A stretch of DNA of 64,000 nucleotides from contig OZ240245.1 in the NCBI GenBank assembly GCA_965198175.1, positions 3,904,001-3,968,000 of the forward strand, written 5' to 3'. Below, piece after piece: positions 1 through 10,457 of the stretch. The notes beneath the pieces were generated by a model. It saw only the letters and a list, made by a program, of their open reading frames with translations. It was not told the DNA's origin and did no database searches. Position 1 is the first letter of the stretch. Every line of letters starts with the position of its first letter. A program made the translations under genes and the position numbers. The DNA is from Candidatus Poribacteria bacterium. Its GTDB lineage: Bacteria; Poribacteria; WGA-4E; PCPOR2b.

Positions 1-15
1 GCCTTATCATAATGC

Positions 16-724
16 TCAAGTTCCGTTTGTGTCTTCATTCTCAGATGCTCCTACTTGTTGATAGGTCAGGCCTCTATAATACTCTATGTACGCTTTCTCA
101 TGAATCTCCTGATTTATAATAAATCCGTGAAGGTCGTTGTACATCGTTGCGGTAGATATGCCGTGGTACTTCCGCAGATGGTCTAAGATGGATTCTTTGA
201 GCGATTTTGATTTCATCGTATTGGTCTGGTTCAATGTAGCCTTTGGGCGGTCGCACGAAGATACTCTTCTGAGCGATAACGCGATTTTGCGGATTCAGAG
301 GTTCCTCGACTTGGTATTTTTTGGTTATCTCGTCGGTTTTTTGCAACAAGATAATCCTTCCATCTTCGTAATGGGTACCGTCGCAGGCGAAATAAAGCGC
401 TCTCAGGTAGTCGGTCGTAAAATCAATCAGGTTGGTCTTTCCTCCATAGTGTTGAAGTTGCGCCATCATTTCAAACCCTGCGTCGGTTCCGCGGGCATAG
501 CTTTCAGCGGCGTCCAGAATTTTATCTTGGACATAATCTATATCAACAACTTCTATATCAAATTGCTCATCCTTAATTTTTTTCCTGAATTGACGCCAAA
601 GACTTGAGGAGACTCTCTCATGACATTTAGGTTCGCCACGATAAATGTAGTCAGCGTTGACTGATTTCCCCTCTATCTCTCTGATTTTTTCCCTAATTTG
701 GCTTAGGTCGTTTGGTTTGCTCAC
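16..724 (-). pseudogene. FRG-domain protein, frameshifted near 200-215
   Basis: FRG motifs YIYRGE, QHYGGKTNLIDFT, ALYFAC and NRVIAQKSIF lie in ORF 98..724. A plausible continuation (SLKESILDHLRKYHGISTATMYNDLHGFI) lies in another frame (ORF 16..234). Confidence 0.75.
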
Positions 725-756
725 AATTTGTTCTCCATAATAGCGATTCGCTCATT

Positions 757-800
757 TGTCTGAATCGCGGATTGCCACGGATTCAGGGATGACACAGTTT
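757..800. repeat. Solo TGTCTGAA-ended repeat with GGAT(T) every 9-10 bp
   Basis: TGTCTGAATCGCGGATTGCCACGGATTCAGGGATG resembles the termini of the GxxExxY cassettes at 49.9-52.5 kb. Confidence 0.5.
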
Positions 801-1088
801 GAAGAACCTCCGTCACCTTTGGGTTCGTTTCGAAAAAATGGATATTGCTTTTTTTATTGCGGTAACTTTTTTTTGCATCTTCAACGGGTCGTGTTTAGTC
901 TGTCATCATTTACGACTGCTGCGGTGTCAGCATGTTTATTACGTGCAGGTACAGATTTAGGTGGAACCATGTGCCGAATTTCGGGCTCCACCGGGTTCGC
1001 AAAGCAATGTCATTCCTTACTAGCCAGGCTTTGATGCCGGAAAACTCACCTCACATTTCTAGTCTCCTCATTGTAAAGAATAGTGGAC

Positions 1089-2300
1089 TCAAGAAGAGCG
1101 ATAAAGCTTTCGCGCACGATAACTTGAACGCATACGGGAGTATAAGCGCGAAATAGAAAACCGGGCGAAAATCCATCGTCGAAGACCACGCCACCCGTGC
1201 AGGCAAACGAATAACCATAGTTGAAACAGCCATGTATAACAGGTCATACGTAGCGAGGTGCTAACATCTTCATGAGTGACGTCCAAACAAGCTTTCGGAC
1301 CGAACGGACGAGGTTGATTGAATAATCGAAATCGTCGATATTGGTCGGCAAGCATAGCGTTGAGCGAGGAGTACCTATCCCATCTGGCACGTGATATTAT
1401 GCTGTCAGGAGTTGGAAAGTCCGGTTCTCTGAACATTTTCCATAACGAGATAGGAGATTGCCAGCGTTGGGCGGCGGGATCGGCATAGAAATTAGGGTCG
1501 GCTACTTTAGCCCACGAATCAACTGATTCCAGCGTTGGATTCCATAGCACAACAACGGAGTCGAAAGGACACCAATTCTTACGAAGGACAGAACGCTCAA
1601 TCGTCTCAAGCCCAAAATACAAACGGGTAACAAAATCTGTAAGTACTGTCGACGGATCTGTTGGATCTGACGGGTATGTTGCAAAGAACAAAGGCAAACC
1701 GACGATAAGCATGCCACGTCCATAATCACGAGCAAGAGATTGATAGGAACCTCCCTCACGCCCTTTCTGAGCCTTATCCTTTATAGCGCAAATCACTTGG
1801 TCTGCCATCTTACGCTGTAAATGGGCATTGGGTGGACCTAGACTAAGAGATTGTAGAACTTCAGTAGGGTCAATTTGCCCTCTTCCCCGCAAACCGTTGT
1901 ATTCTCGAACAAACCCATTCACTTTTGGGGCATGTTCCGGTAAGAATACTTCCGTGACTTCAATCCAAACGCGAGCGCGTACCGTGGATCGGAAATTGGA
2001 CAGTAACAAGTCAAAGAAGGCATCGCCGGGGTCATCCAACTTTCGCTCCAAATCCGCGAGACGAAGCTCTGTCCGCCCACCCATACCGAAACCATTAAGT
2101 GGCCATCGATCAGTCCACGACCATTGCTCAACCCAATGTCGTTCGCGTAGGTATTTCGGAATATCGCGATGCGGAACGTCCTGAAAATTGGGATCACGTT
2201 CCTCACCACAAACGCGAAGAATAGCAGGTATATCCTCGTTAGGTAGTGTTCTTTGCCGATCTATTTTTTGTTGTTTGTCATCTAAAAGCACCAAAACCAC
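1089..2300 (-). CDS. Hypothetical protein, possible PD-(D/E)XK-like fold
   Basis: 403-aa ORF with GAGG upstream of a GTG start, directly after the methyltransferase. PGDAFFD...WIEVT gives only a weak nuclease-like spacing. Confidence 0.55.
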   Translation of the reverse strand: MVLVLLDDKQQKIDRQRTLPNEDIPAILRVCGEERDPNFQDVPHRDIPKYLRERHWVEQWSWTDRWPLNGFGMGGRTELRLADLERKLDDPGDAFFDLLLSNFRSTVRARVWIEVTEVFLPEHAPKVNGFVREYNGLRGRGQIDPTEVLQSLSLGPPNAHLQRKMADQVICAIKDKAQKGREGGSYQSLARDYGRGMLIVGLPLFFATYPSDPTDPSTVLTDFVTRLYFGLETIERSVLRKNWCPFDSVVVLWNPTLESVDSWAKVADPNFYADPAAQRWQSPISLWKMFREPDFPTPDSIISRARWDRYSSLNAMLADQYRRFRLFNQPRPFGPKACLDVTHEDVSTSLRMTCYTWLFQLWLFVCLHGWRGLRRWIFARFSISRLYSRMRSSYRARKLYRSS

Positions 2301-2351
2301 CTACCTCAACTTTGCATTCTCTTATGTCCTGAAAATCCTGATTCAAATAAT

Positions 2352-5300
2352 TTACGATTCCTCCCCAATCTCGATTTCATCGGGAGTGAGATTGTACAAT
2401 GAGTATACCACCTGATCAATCTCATTTTCAAGTTGGGATACATCGGCGACCGGGGCGGTGCGTTTGGCGACGAGGATTTGATCGACTAGTTCAATAATTG
2501 GTGCCTGTTGCTCTGGAGACACATCGGGAATTGGCAACTTCTTCCAATCATCAGGATAGAGGTGAATATTGCTGCGACGATTCGCTCTCAGGAAATTATG
2601 GGCGACAGTCGAGTTCATCACAGCGAGCAAGAATTTCACGGCAAAACGACGACTTGTCATTTCAAGTTCTTCCCGATTAGGTAAATCTGGGCGTGGAATT
2701 TCGTCACGATAGCGCGTCTGTTTTTTGATGGATCTATTACGGACGCCGGACAAGCTGTGCCACGGGATAAAAGACCACGCAGAATGATTGTGATAGAATT
2801 GCTGATTATCATAGGCAACACGCAGTTTTTCCACTCCGGCAGCCATGTCAACTGAAATCAATTTCTCTCCCACTTCATATACTTCAGGAAACGTTGGACG
2901 ACTAAACAAGCTAGGTGCTCGTTTCGTACCCCACTCCAGCCATTTATTTGTTGCGGGAAGCCACCTCGCAAGATGTTTACCTTCTACAAACGGTTTTGGA
3001 TGGCGATTATCTCCTATATCTGAAACTAAATCTCTTAACTCAAACTCACCTCGCGCTTTTTTTTCGTGGGCATGGACGACCATACCCTTTGTGATGTAGC
3101 AAATTTCCTCAAGCGATACCGCTGGCACTACAAATGACAGAAACTCGGTATCTTCCGGGAAAAAGACGCGATAAGTCAATTCACGCTGTTCGTTAGTTGG
3201 CAACAAATTGACAATACCAAATTCTGGATCATGAACACGGCGTTCTGGTTGTTGATGGCTACCGTCTGCCTTTTGAAACAAATAAGTAATGTTACGGACT
3301 CCTGCATCGAAGATTTTAATCTTACTAAAGAAGTCAAGTCGTAGGATACGACTATTTTTAAGAACCCAGTCTTGTGACTTCTGGGCATATTTGGAGTGAC
3401 AATAGGCATCCGAAACAATCAATGTCGTGAATCCGCTCGGCTTGAGCAGTTTGTAGCTCCGTTCAATGAAGGGAATGTACAAGTCCCACTTTTCCCATAG
3501 GGTTTCGTACTGATTGCTGTTTTCAATTCTCTTACGCATTTCTAGATGCTCGCCACCGGAATCTGCTCTGACATACGGCGGATTGCCAATCGTAATAGTA
3601 AATCCATCCCTGACGCCAAACATCCGCTCTGGATCAAAGAAATCAGCAGTTGCATTCTGGTCGTAGGGCTTCCAACCGGTGATTTTGCGGGCTTCTTCAA
3701 GGTGGGCATCATATCTTGCCTCACGCCACAAATACTCCCTCTGTTCCTCTTCTAGTACCTGTTGGCGGTGTTCTGGGGTGGGAATTTGATTAACTTTTCG
3801 CTTTATCTCTCGTTGCTGAATCGCCTCCCATGTCGCTTTCTGGCTCTCCAATTCCTTTTCCAACTGCTCGCGGCATGTGTCCTCACGCTTTTCAAGGTTA
3901 AGTTTCTGCCTTCGGTTGTTTGTGAGGAAATACTTATCACGAATCCTCTCGATTTCTCTTAGCCAACGTTGTACCGCGTCATCTTTAAGTAGAGATGTGC
4001 CTCCGGTTGGCTGCAAGCCAATTAGTGTATTCGCAGCGACGAAGCGGGTTTCCAGATTCGGCAGGGGCTTAATTCCGAAATTGTCAGCGGTCTTATCGGG
4101 CGCCTGCTCAATGGTGAGGGAGATAAAGAATCGCAGTTTGGCGATTTGGCACGCCACAGGTTGAATATCTACGCCGAAAATACTGTTCTGAATCAGATAC
4201 AACTTTCGCCCAAAGTCGGAATCGCGATACCGTTTGAACGTTTCGTCGATTTCGAGGAGTTCTTCAGGTCGCGTTTTGTCATCTATTGTATCAAACGCAT
4301 TCGCCGCCTTCTGTGCGGCACGGTTTATCTGTAATTTTTCCCAGCGGTTATTTGTCGGATCAAGCCGTCGTAACGCGAGGGTCAGTTTGTGTAGCACACC
4401 CATTGGGAAGGCGCCTGAACCGACGGCTGGATCCAGTATCTTCAGTTGAGAAATTGCCCCCACAAGCGCGTCTGTCTCATTCTCATCTAACCATTCGCTC
4501 GCATCGTCACAGACTTGTGCATAGTCGAACAGATAGTGCAATCGCTCATTCAAGAACTTCACATCGCTGTCCGTTGGCAATACCTGTGCTGCCAGCGTTG
4601 CGACCAAAGCCTCCTCCACCATGTAGTCCACAATAGGGCGTGGGGTGTAGTAGGAACCGGTCTGTTTTCGTTTGGTTCGCCCGGTTTCGGGGTTATATGT
4701 AGCGAGCAGGTTTTCAAACACCTTACCGAGCAGTTCTGGATCCAACGCCACCTCCTGCTCTATCGGCGTACTTTCCTCGACGGTGAACTTGTAGTGTTTT
4801 AGAAGGGGGAGCAGACCGCGCGTCTCCTCAAAGAACAGACGGTTGGGAACACTCAGCTTCCTGTAATGCTCATCGGAAAAACAGTCAATGCGAGATCCGC
4901 CCGCCCTTATCCCCTTGAAGTCGTCCAGACAATCGAACAACCCTCCGTTGATGAATGGTGTTTTGCCAAATAGCGTTTCAAACGTATCCGAGTTGTTCAT
5001 CTGAGCTCTGTAGCGATACACGGAGAAGTTTCGATGGTCGAGTTTCCCTTTACTGAACCGACGCTCGTCAATCTCGGTGTTCAACGTGGCAAAGAACAAG
5101 TTCTGTAATACCGCGCGGTAGTAGGAATCTCCAGTGTCGCGGTTGTAGTCCTTCAGCAAGGGAGCAACTTCCCGTTCGTCAAATAGTTCGTCCGCAACCA
5201 ACCCCTTCTCCTTTATAAACCAGACGAAAAGCATGCGCGTGATTAACCGGATGACGTGCTGCTCCGCCTTCAAATTGCGTTTCTCGTTCTCTGGGAATCT

Positions 5301-6023
5301 TGCCTCAGAAACTGCCCATTTAAACCAGTTGAACAGCCTTAGGTAAAACTGCCTGTTGAGCACTTCGGTGTCCAGCGTCGTTTTCCACGCCTCATGAAGT
5401 TGCAGGAAATTTTTGAACTTGTGCTTCTCATGTAGCTCGGCAATCGAGAGGTCAAACAGGATTTCGATGTGGGCACGGTGGGGGTCGGCGATTTTAATGT
5501 CCTTGATGAGCGTCGCCTTTTCGAGAACATCTTTGGATTCGTCGCGTTTGTGCAATCGGCGGTCGATTACCGCGAAGGTGAGCGTCTCGCCGTGTTGGAA
5601 GAGAATCATCGCGGGCATGTTGAACGGTTTGTTAATCTCGCGTGTAATCTCGGAAAGTCGCGTGCGGGAATAGTAGTTCTCGCTTAGCTTGAGGGCAAAA
5701 AAGAGGTAGGATTGATAAACGCTGTTGTCTAATCCGCTGTCCACAAAGCCAAATGTGGTCTGAGCGCCCTGAGTGATTTCCTCCTCGGTCAGTTGAAACA
5801 GAAAGTCAACCGATTCCCATTCATCAAGCAACGCTCGGTCTCTGTTGATCTTGCCTTCAAGATTGAAAGCGGAAAGAAACCCGTCGGCGGTGTTGGGTTC
5901 AAGGTCAATCCTCCGTTCGCTGTCGTAGCCGAGGACGTTGAGGAGGTGTCGCGCGTTTTCGGCGAGGTTGCCATCGCTGAAGCGTTGTAGAGCTCTTTTA
6001 ATTTCGTTTTTGGATGTGGTCAT
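2352..6023 (-). CDS. Type IIG/Eco57I-like N6-adenine DNA methyltransferase with C-terminal TaqI-like specificity domain
   Basis: 1223 aa with FINGGLF, GSYYTP, motif I ILDPAVGSGAF and motif IV IGNPPY. Confidence 0.9.
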   Translation of the reverse strand: MTTSKNEIKRALQRFSDGNLAENARHLLNVLGYDSERRIDLEPNTADGFLSAFNLEGKINRDRALLDEWESVDFLFQLTEEEITQGAQTTFGFVDSGLDNSVYQSYLFFALKLSENYYSRTRLSEITREINKPFNMPAMILFQHGETLTFAVIDRRLHKRDESKDVLEKATLIKDIKIADPHRAHIEILFDLSIAELHEKHKFKNFLQLHEAWKTTLDTEVLNRQFYLRLFNWFKWAVSEARFPENEKRNLKAEQHVIRLITRMLFVWFIKEKGLVADELFDEREVAPLLKDYNRDTGDSYYRAVLQNLFFATLNTEIDERRFSKGKLDHRNFSVYRYRAQMNNSDTFETLFGKTPFINGGLFDCLDDFKGIRAGGSRIDCFSDEHYRKLSVPNRLFFEETRGLLPLLKHYKFTVEESTPIEQEVALDPELLGKVFENLLATYNPETGRTKRKQTGSYYTPRPIVDYMVEEALVATLAAQVLPTDSDVKFLNERLHYLFDYAQVCDDASEWLDENETDALVGAISQLKILDPAVGSGAFPMGVLHKLTLALRRLDPTNNRWEKLQINRAAQKAANAFDTIDDKTRPEELLEIDETFKRYRDSDFGRKLYLIQNSIFGVDIQPVACQIAKLRFFISLTIEQAPDKTADNFGIKPLPNLETRFVAANTLIGLQPTGGTSLLKDDAVQRWLREIERIRDKYFLTNNRRQKLNLEKREDTCREQLEKELESQKATWEAIQQREIKRKVNQIPTPEHRQQVLEEEQREYLWREARYDAHLEEARKITGWKPYDQNATADFFDPERMFGVRDGFTITIGNPPYVRADSGGEHLEMRKRIENSNQYETLWEKWDLYIPFIERSYKLLKPSGFTTLIVSDAYCHSKYAQKSQDWVLKNSRILRLDFFSKIKIFDAGVRNITYLFQKADGSHQQPERRVHDPEFGIVNLLPTNEQRELTYRVFFPEDTEFLSFVVPAVSLEEICYITKGMVVHAHEKKARGEFELRDLVSDIGDNRHPKPFVEGKHLARWLPATNKWLEWGTKRAPSLFSRPTFPEVYEVGEKLISVDMAAGVEKLRVAYDNQQFYHNHSAWSFIPWHSLSGVRNRSIKKQTRYRDEIPRPDLPNREELEMTSRRFAVKFLLAVMNSTVAHNFLRANRRSNIHLYPDDWKKLPIPDVSPEQQAPIIELVDQILVAKRTAPVADVSQLENEIDQVVYSLYNLTPDEIEIGEES

Positions 6024-6054
6024 GCTTTAGATTCTCCGAGGTGAAGAGTACCTG

Positions 6055-6230
6055 ACCCCCTCTAGCTCCCCCTTAGCAAGGGGATCAACTGAGCGAATAG
6101 CAAAGGCGATAGTCTTCCGAAAACTATCGCAGTCGCAATTCGCTTCTTTGAAAACTCACTATTCGTTCGCTTGATTTATCCGCTCAGTCGATCTCAACCC
6201 AACCTACGAAAACCACCCAACCTACGGGCT
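6055..6230. repeat. Composite intergenic repeat: MITE-like element (6083-6193) between REP-like sequences
   Basis: Imperfect terminal inverted repeats GATCAACTGAGCGAATA / TATCCGCTCAGTCGATC, internal hairpin GCGATAGT..ACTATCGC, then two CCCAACCTAC copies. Confidence 0.7.
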
Positions 6231-6382
6231 GCTACAGATTTACTTATTTTGTGAGCATTTAGTACATCCAAAAAAACGCGAAAGTGGGCTTTACGCTAGA
6301 CAGGACGTGGGTTTCGGGCGTTGAGCATTATTGAGCATTTGAAAAAATAAGTTGAGAATGCTCATTTTCAATACACAGATAA

Positions 6383-7663
6383 TCACCTCGCGTGGAGATG
6401 GCTGCTGTACCAGAGATTGCCCGATGGCGAATTCTCCGAAGCAACATTACTCACGTTGGGATTGTCGCTCGCCCGGTGAATCGAGGAAAATCCGTCCTCC
6501 CCCTTTTCGAGAATCCAGACCTCTCTCGGCTCTAACAGATCGATAAAATATGGCTGATGCGTCGTGATGAACACCTGTGATCCACCTCTGTGTCCGCGGA
6601 CAAATTCGCGGAACTGTTTGGCGAGGGACTCTAGGAGCTTGTGGTACAAGCCGTTTTCCGGTTCTTCAATGCAGAGAAAGGGGGGCGGCGTCGGGTCTTT
6701 TAGCAGCAGGAGGTAAGCGAATAGCTTTAGTGTTCCGTCGGACATCTGCTGGGCGTAAAAAGGAGCCTGAAAGCCTTTGTCGTTAAACCTGAGCAGCAGC
6801 CGCCCGTCGCTGGTGCTTTCCGTGTCAATACGGTCTATACCGGGAATCTTATCGGCAATCTCTTTCAGAATCGCACTAAAACGGCGCGGGTGTTCGCGTG
6901 CCATGAATTGCACGACGTTGCCGAGGTTATCGCCGTGGATGTTGAGATGTTGTTGGGGACCAGCGCGCGGTAGGCTGCGGGCTGCGTCTGGGGTGAAGTA
7001 GCTTAGATACCAGCCCTCAATGAACTGGCGAAAAGCGGAGATTCGCGGGTGTTGTTTCAGAGCGCCGAGCGTGGCGATGCCGAGCTTGCGCCGGTCTTCC
7101 AATTCGATGATTTCGGTCTCGCTGGATTCGTCTGCGGTGATTAACTTGATGAGTTCTGGGAAATCGAGTTGCTCCATCTTTTCGTCAATCTGATGTCCCG
7201 CCTGTTCGCCATTCCATGCCACGCCTTTTCCGCCGTTCAGGAACAAGAAAGAGAACGGGCGACCGTATTTTTGACCTTTTCGTCTCTGTCTCAGGCGTTC
7301 TCTTAACACATAGGGACGCCCGGTCTCCTCTGCCGCGATGGCAATCTCGTAGGTCATGGGTCGGGCGTTTCCGTGTTCTCTGTAGTACACCTCAAACTCG
7401 ATGGGGCCCGGCTCCCCTTGCGTACGGATTTGCTCGAACCCGCCGCGTCCGCGGGCACCGCACGCCTCCTCGACGCCGGACTTCAGCGCGTCCGCAAGGA
7501 ACCCGAACGCATCGAAGAGTGCACTTTTTCCGACGCCGTTTTTGCCGATGACTGCGGTCATGAGGGTGAGCGGTTGTACTTCCCGCTGGTTCCACAGTCG
7601 CCCCAACGTCACATCTCTGAGCACCTTGAAGTTTTTTACTCTGAAACCTTCTATCTTTGCCAT
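6383..7663 (-). CDS. ABC-type (AAA_21/AAA_15-like) ATPase
   Basis: Walker A GKNGVGKS, signature MSDGT, Walker B IEEPENGL and H-loop TTH. Start set at MAKIEG. Confidence 0.9.
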   Translation of the reverse strand: MAKIEGFRVKNFKVLRDVTLGRLWNQREVQPLTLMTAVIGKNGVGKSALFDAFGFLADALKSGVEEACGARGRGGFEQIRTQGEPGPIEFEVYYREHGNARPMTYEIAIAAEETGRPYVLRERLRQRRKGQKYGRPFSFLFLNGGKGVAWNGEQAGHQIDEKMEQLDFPELIKLITADESSETEIIELEDRRKLGIATLGALKQHPRISAFRQFIEGWYLSYFTPDAARSLPRAGPQQHLNIHGDNLGNVVQFMAREHPRRFSAILKEIADKIPGIDRIDTESTSDGRLLLRFNDKGFQAPFYAQQMSDGTLKLFAYLLLLKDPTPPPFLCIEEPENGLYHKLLESLAKQFREFVRGHRGGSQVFITTHQPYFIDLLEPREVWILEKGEDGFSSIHRASDNPNVSNVASENSPSGNLWYSSHLHAR

Positions 7664-7724
7664 TCTTACAGTCCTGATTGACAGGGTGCAAATAATTGCA
7701 CGTCTACAATCTACGACGACGTAT

Positions 7725-8726
7725 TTACTCAAGCGTAATCCGTGCCATAATCTTCTCAGCTAACTCTTTGAAATCTTGACGGGCGGCATTTGCAGCAACG
7801 GCGTGGCTGCCGATAGCTCCGTCGGCTGGTGAGAGATGAAAAATTGGTTTTCGCGCTTCTTGCGCCATCGGCACCAGGCTTCGGTAGTGCTTAACGGTGG
7901 CGAGGGCGTTTTCTGTATCCTCTTCTGGTGTCGCAGGGAAAGGCCCGTCGTTCTTATTCCGCAGGTTCCGTGCATATTCCTCCGGCATCCGGTTGACCCA
8001 TTTGTCATACGCTTTAACGGGACGGCCCAAACGGACACTGTGCTGCTGTACTACATAACCGATCGGTTGAATTGATCCACTAGGTATAGGTAAGTCAGGG
8101 ATAGGGTTGCGGTCATGTCTATCCTTCCATCCGGTGCGCCAAACTTCTAGCGTTGGGCCGAGGTTCCGCAGTCCTTGAAGCGAGAATAGATCGGCGCCAA
8201 GGGGAACGATAACGTAATCCGTCGCTACTAGCACCGCCCTATTCAAAGCGCCTAGATTAGGACCAACGTCTACCAAAACTATCTCGGTCTGATTATCTTC
8301 CGCTGCTTTTTGCAAAATGCGCCATAGCGCCGAAATCACACGGAATCCGCGTTGACTACGGTCTAGGCACGCCGGCCATTGGCTCGAAAGTTCGTCTTCG
8401 GTGGCAGATAAGGTTAGGTCTCCTACGATGAGGTTTAGTGTCTGCGATATCCGCTCCAAGTGAGGTTTCTCTATGTCTCCTGTCCCATGCAAAAGCGGTT
8501 GGATTGCGCTATAGATAGTTTTTCGCGGTCCATCGTCAGGCCACAATACTTCTAGGCGTTCCTCATTGATAAACATGCTCGTAAGGTTAGCTTGCGGGTC
8601 GAAGTCACAGGCAAGCACGCGATGACCGATGTCGGATAGCATCCACGCCAGATGATAAACAAGGGATGTTTTGCCGACTCCGCCTTTATTGTTAAAGAAG
8701 GTTAAAACTGGAACAGGCATTGTCAT
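7725..8726 (-). CDS. ParA/Soj-family ATPase
   Basis: Deviant Walker A NNKGGVGKT, DFDPQANLT and DVGPNLG. ATGA overlap with the upstream gene. Confidence 0.9.
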   Translation of the reverse strand: MTMPVPVLTFFNNKGGVGKTSLVYHLAWMLSDIGHRVLACDFDPQANLTSMFINEERLEVLWPDDGPRKTIYSAIQPLLHGTGDIEKPHLERISQTLNLIVGDLTLSATEDELSSQWPACLDRSQRGFRVISALWRILQKAAEDNQTEIVLVDVGPNLGALNRAVLVATDYVIVPLGADLFSLQGLRNLGPTLEVWRTGWKDRHDRNPIPDLPIPSGSIQPIGYVVQQHSVRLGRPVKAYDKWVNRMPEEYARNLRNKNDGPFPATPEEDTENALATVKHYRSLVPMAQEARKPIFHLSPADGAIGSHAVAANAARQDFKELAEKIMARITLE

Positions 8727-9958
8727 GTCCTCACAGGACTTCTCGCTGAACTGATTGTGGCGAACACGTAACCGTTTTTCACATTGAATTCCGCTTTCGG
8801 ATGACCTGCTTCTTCGAGCAACTTTTGAGCTATCGGTATCCCTGCGCCAAATCGTTGCACATAACCGAGGTTTTTCATCGCCTCCGCCAGATTGGGGTTG
8901 CGGTAATCGGTAACTCCTGGCACCCCGAAATTCTCTGGGGTTACCGCCCCGAACGGCCCACCGTGACTCAGTATTTCAATTCGATTATTGTACCAAGACA
9001 CACGAATTGGTGCATTGGTTGCTTCGTAGGTCCTGTGCATGACCGCATTCCTGGTAATCTGTTGCAACGCCGCGATAGGATAAAGCGATGTTCGTTGTTC
9101 GACGACGCTCGTCGTAAACTCGACCGCCGTACGATTATGGGAGCTCAGTTTATCCTCTAGCCGGCGAATCAGGTCCGGAATTGCGCCGCGAATCTCCTCG
9201 CTGTCAAGAATGTCGTCCGTTAGCTCGCTGCCATCAATTCTGACGAACTGCACGTATGCGCCAGGCAGAAAATCCTGCGTGTTCTTACCAAGCACCAGTA
9301 TTCCCACCACAGTCGCGGTTCGTTCATCGATTGAAGCAATCATCTTCGTTGCTGCCAGACGTTCCTCGAGCGTACGTTCATTGGCGTCTAGTATCTCTGA
9401 GGCAACAGCCCGCGGTAGATATTCGTTCTCGAACTGAGCGAGGTTTAAGTCGGAGACGCCAGCGGTGGGGACGGGATGCAGGTCGAAAGGGATGTCTCTA
9501 TATCGCCGCTTTTCGTTGAGAATTCCTTCCTCCCGTGGCGTAGCGATGCCGCGACGCGGACCAATGCGGATATGGATGTTACCTTTTAATCGAACTGGCG
9601 GCGAGTCGGAGGGTAACACTGCGACTACGGCAACTTGCTTACCACCCAGCACACGCTTCTCAACGGTCAGCGATGGCGGCGGCACGATATTCCCATCGGT
9701 TTTCATATCAGCCAACTGCCGGAGGATCTCGTCCGTGACAGCTAGCCCAGCGATAGTTTTGTCGTTCTTTACCCCTACGAAAACAAAGCCTGGTTTTTCA
9801 TGGCGCGGCAAATCGTTGGCAAATGCACATATGGTTTCCCTTATGTATTTCGGAGCACTTCCGGACAAAGACTCCTTGAACTCGACGCGGTCAGATTCAT
9901 CGTCGTCGATGATTTGTAGCAACCCCTCATCTGTGAGACATGGCATTTCAATTCCCAT
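8723..9958 (-). CDS. AlbA_2 (Schlafen-like) domain plus HATPase_c_4 (RecG C-terminal-like) protein
   Basis: ESDRVEFKES, ICAFAND, NAVMHRTY, RNPNLAEAM and VQRFGAGI. Confidence 0.85.
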   Translation of the reverse strand: MGIEMPCLTDEGLLQIIDDDESDRVEFKESLSGSAPKYIRETICAFANDLPRHEKPGFVFVGVKNDKTIAGLAVTDEILRQLADMKTDGNIVPPPSLTVEKRVLGGKQVAVVAVLPSDSPPVRLKGNIHIRIGPRRGIATPREEGILNEKRRYRDIPFDLHPVPTAGVSDLNLAQFENEYLPRAVASEILDANERTLEERLAATKMIASIDERTATVVGILVLGKNTQDFLPGAYVQFVRIDGSELTDDILDSEEIRGAIPDLIRRLEDKLSSHNRTAVEFTTSVVEQRTSLYPIAALQQITRNAVMHRTYEATNAPIRVSWYNNRIEILSHGGPFGAVTPENFGVPGVTDYRNPNLAEAMKNLGYVQRFGAGIPIAQKLLEEAGHPKAEFNVKNGYVFATISSARSPVRT

Positions 9959-10097
9959 TTATTTTAATCCAGTTTTCCGATTGTGCCTTGGAGAACAACC
10001 CGCCATGTAATGCGTTCAAGGTTTTCGAATTAATGACTTGATCGGATTGAGCTTGAAACGGACCTGCGCGAATTGATCGTTGGGACTTGGGGAATCA

Positions 10098-10457
10098 TCA
10101 TGTTCGTCCTTCCCACGCCAAGAGTGTTTCGACTCTCTGTAGAACTGCGTCTACCGTCTCGGTGGGCAGTGGACATATCAACTCTGCGTTTCTCGCTCGC
10201 CAATTGATGCTCTTGACCTGATCTGCCAGAATAACACCCGTCACATCCCGCCCCGCGGGGATTGTGACCTCAAAAGGATAGCCTTTTTCTTGACTGGTTA
10301 TTGGACAGAGAATCGCCAAACTGACCTTGCTGTTATAAGCCCTCGGTGACAGCACAACGGCGGGTCGGCGTCCGCTCTGCTCATGCCCGGCGTGGGGATT
10401 GAGGTCAATCCATACTAAATCGCCGCGTTGAGGGACGTACTCGGATAAAGTTACCAT
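10098..10457 (-). CDS. mazF: MazF/PemK endoribonuclease toxin
   Basis: RGDLVWIDLNP, GHEQSGRRPAVVLS, CPITS and DQVKS. Confidence 0.95.
   Translation of the reverse strand: MVTLSEYVPQRGDLVWIDLNPHAGHEQSGRRPAVVLSPRAYNSKVSLAILCPITSQEKGYPFEVTIPAGRDVTGVILADQVKSINWRARNAELICPLPTETVDAVLQRVETLLAWEGRT

Noticed and set aside
6250..6370. TGAGCATT direct and inverted repeats as an operator or element end
   Set aside because: They are short, lie downstream of the ATPase gene, and I found no partner elsewhere, so they cannot be assigned.
7725..8726. Plasmid or chromosome partition locus
   Set aside because: No parB, rep gene or iteron array; the context is a defence island.
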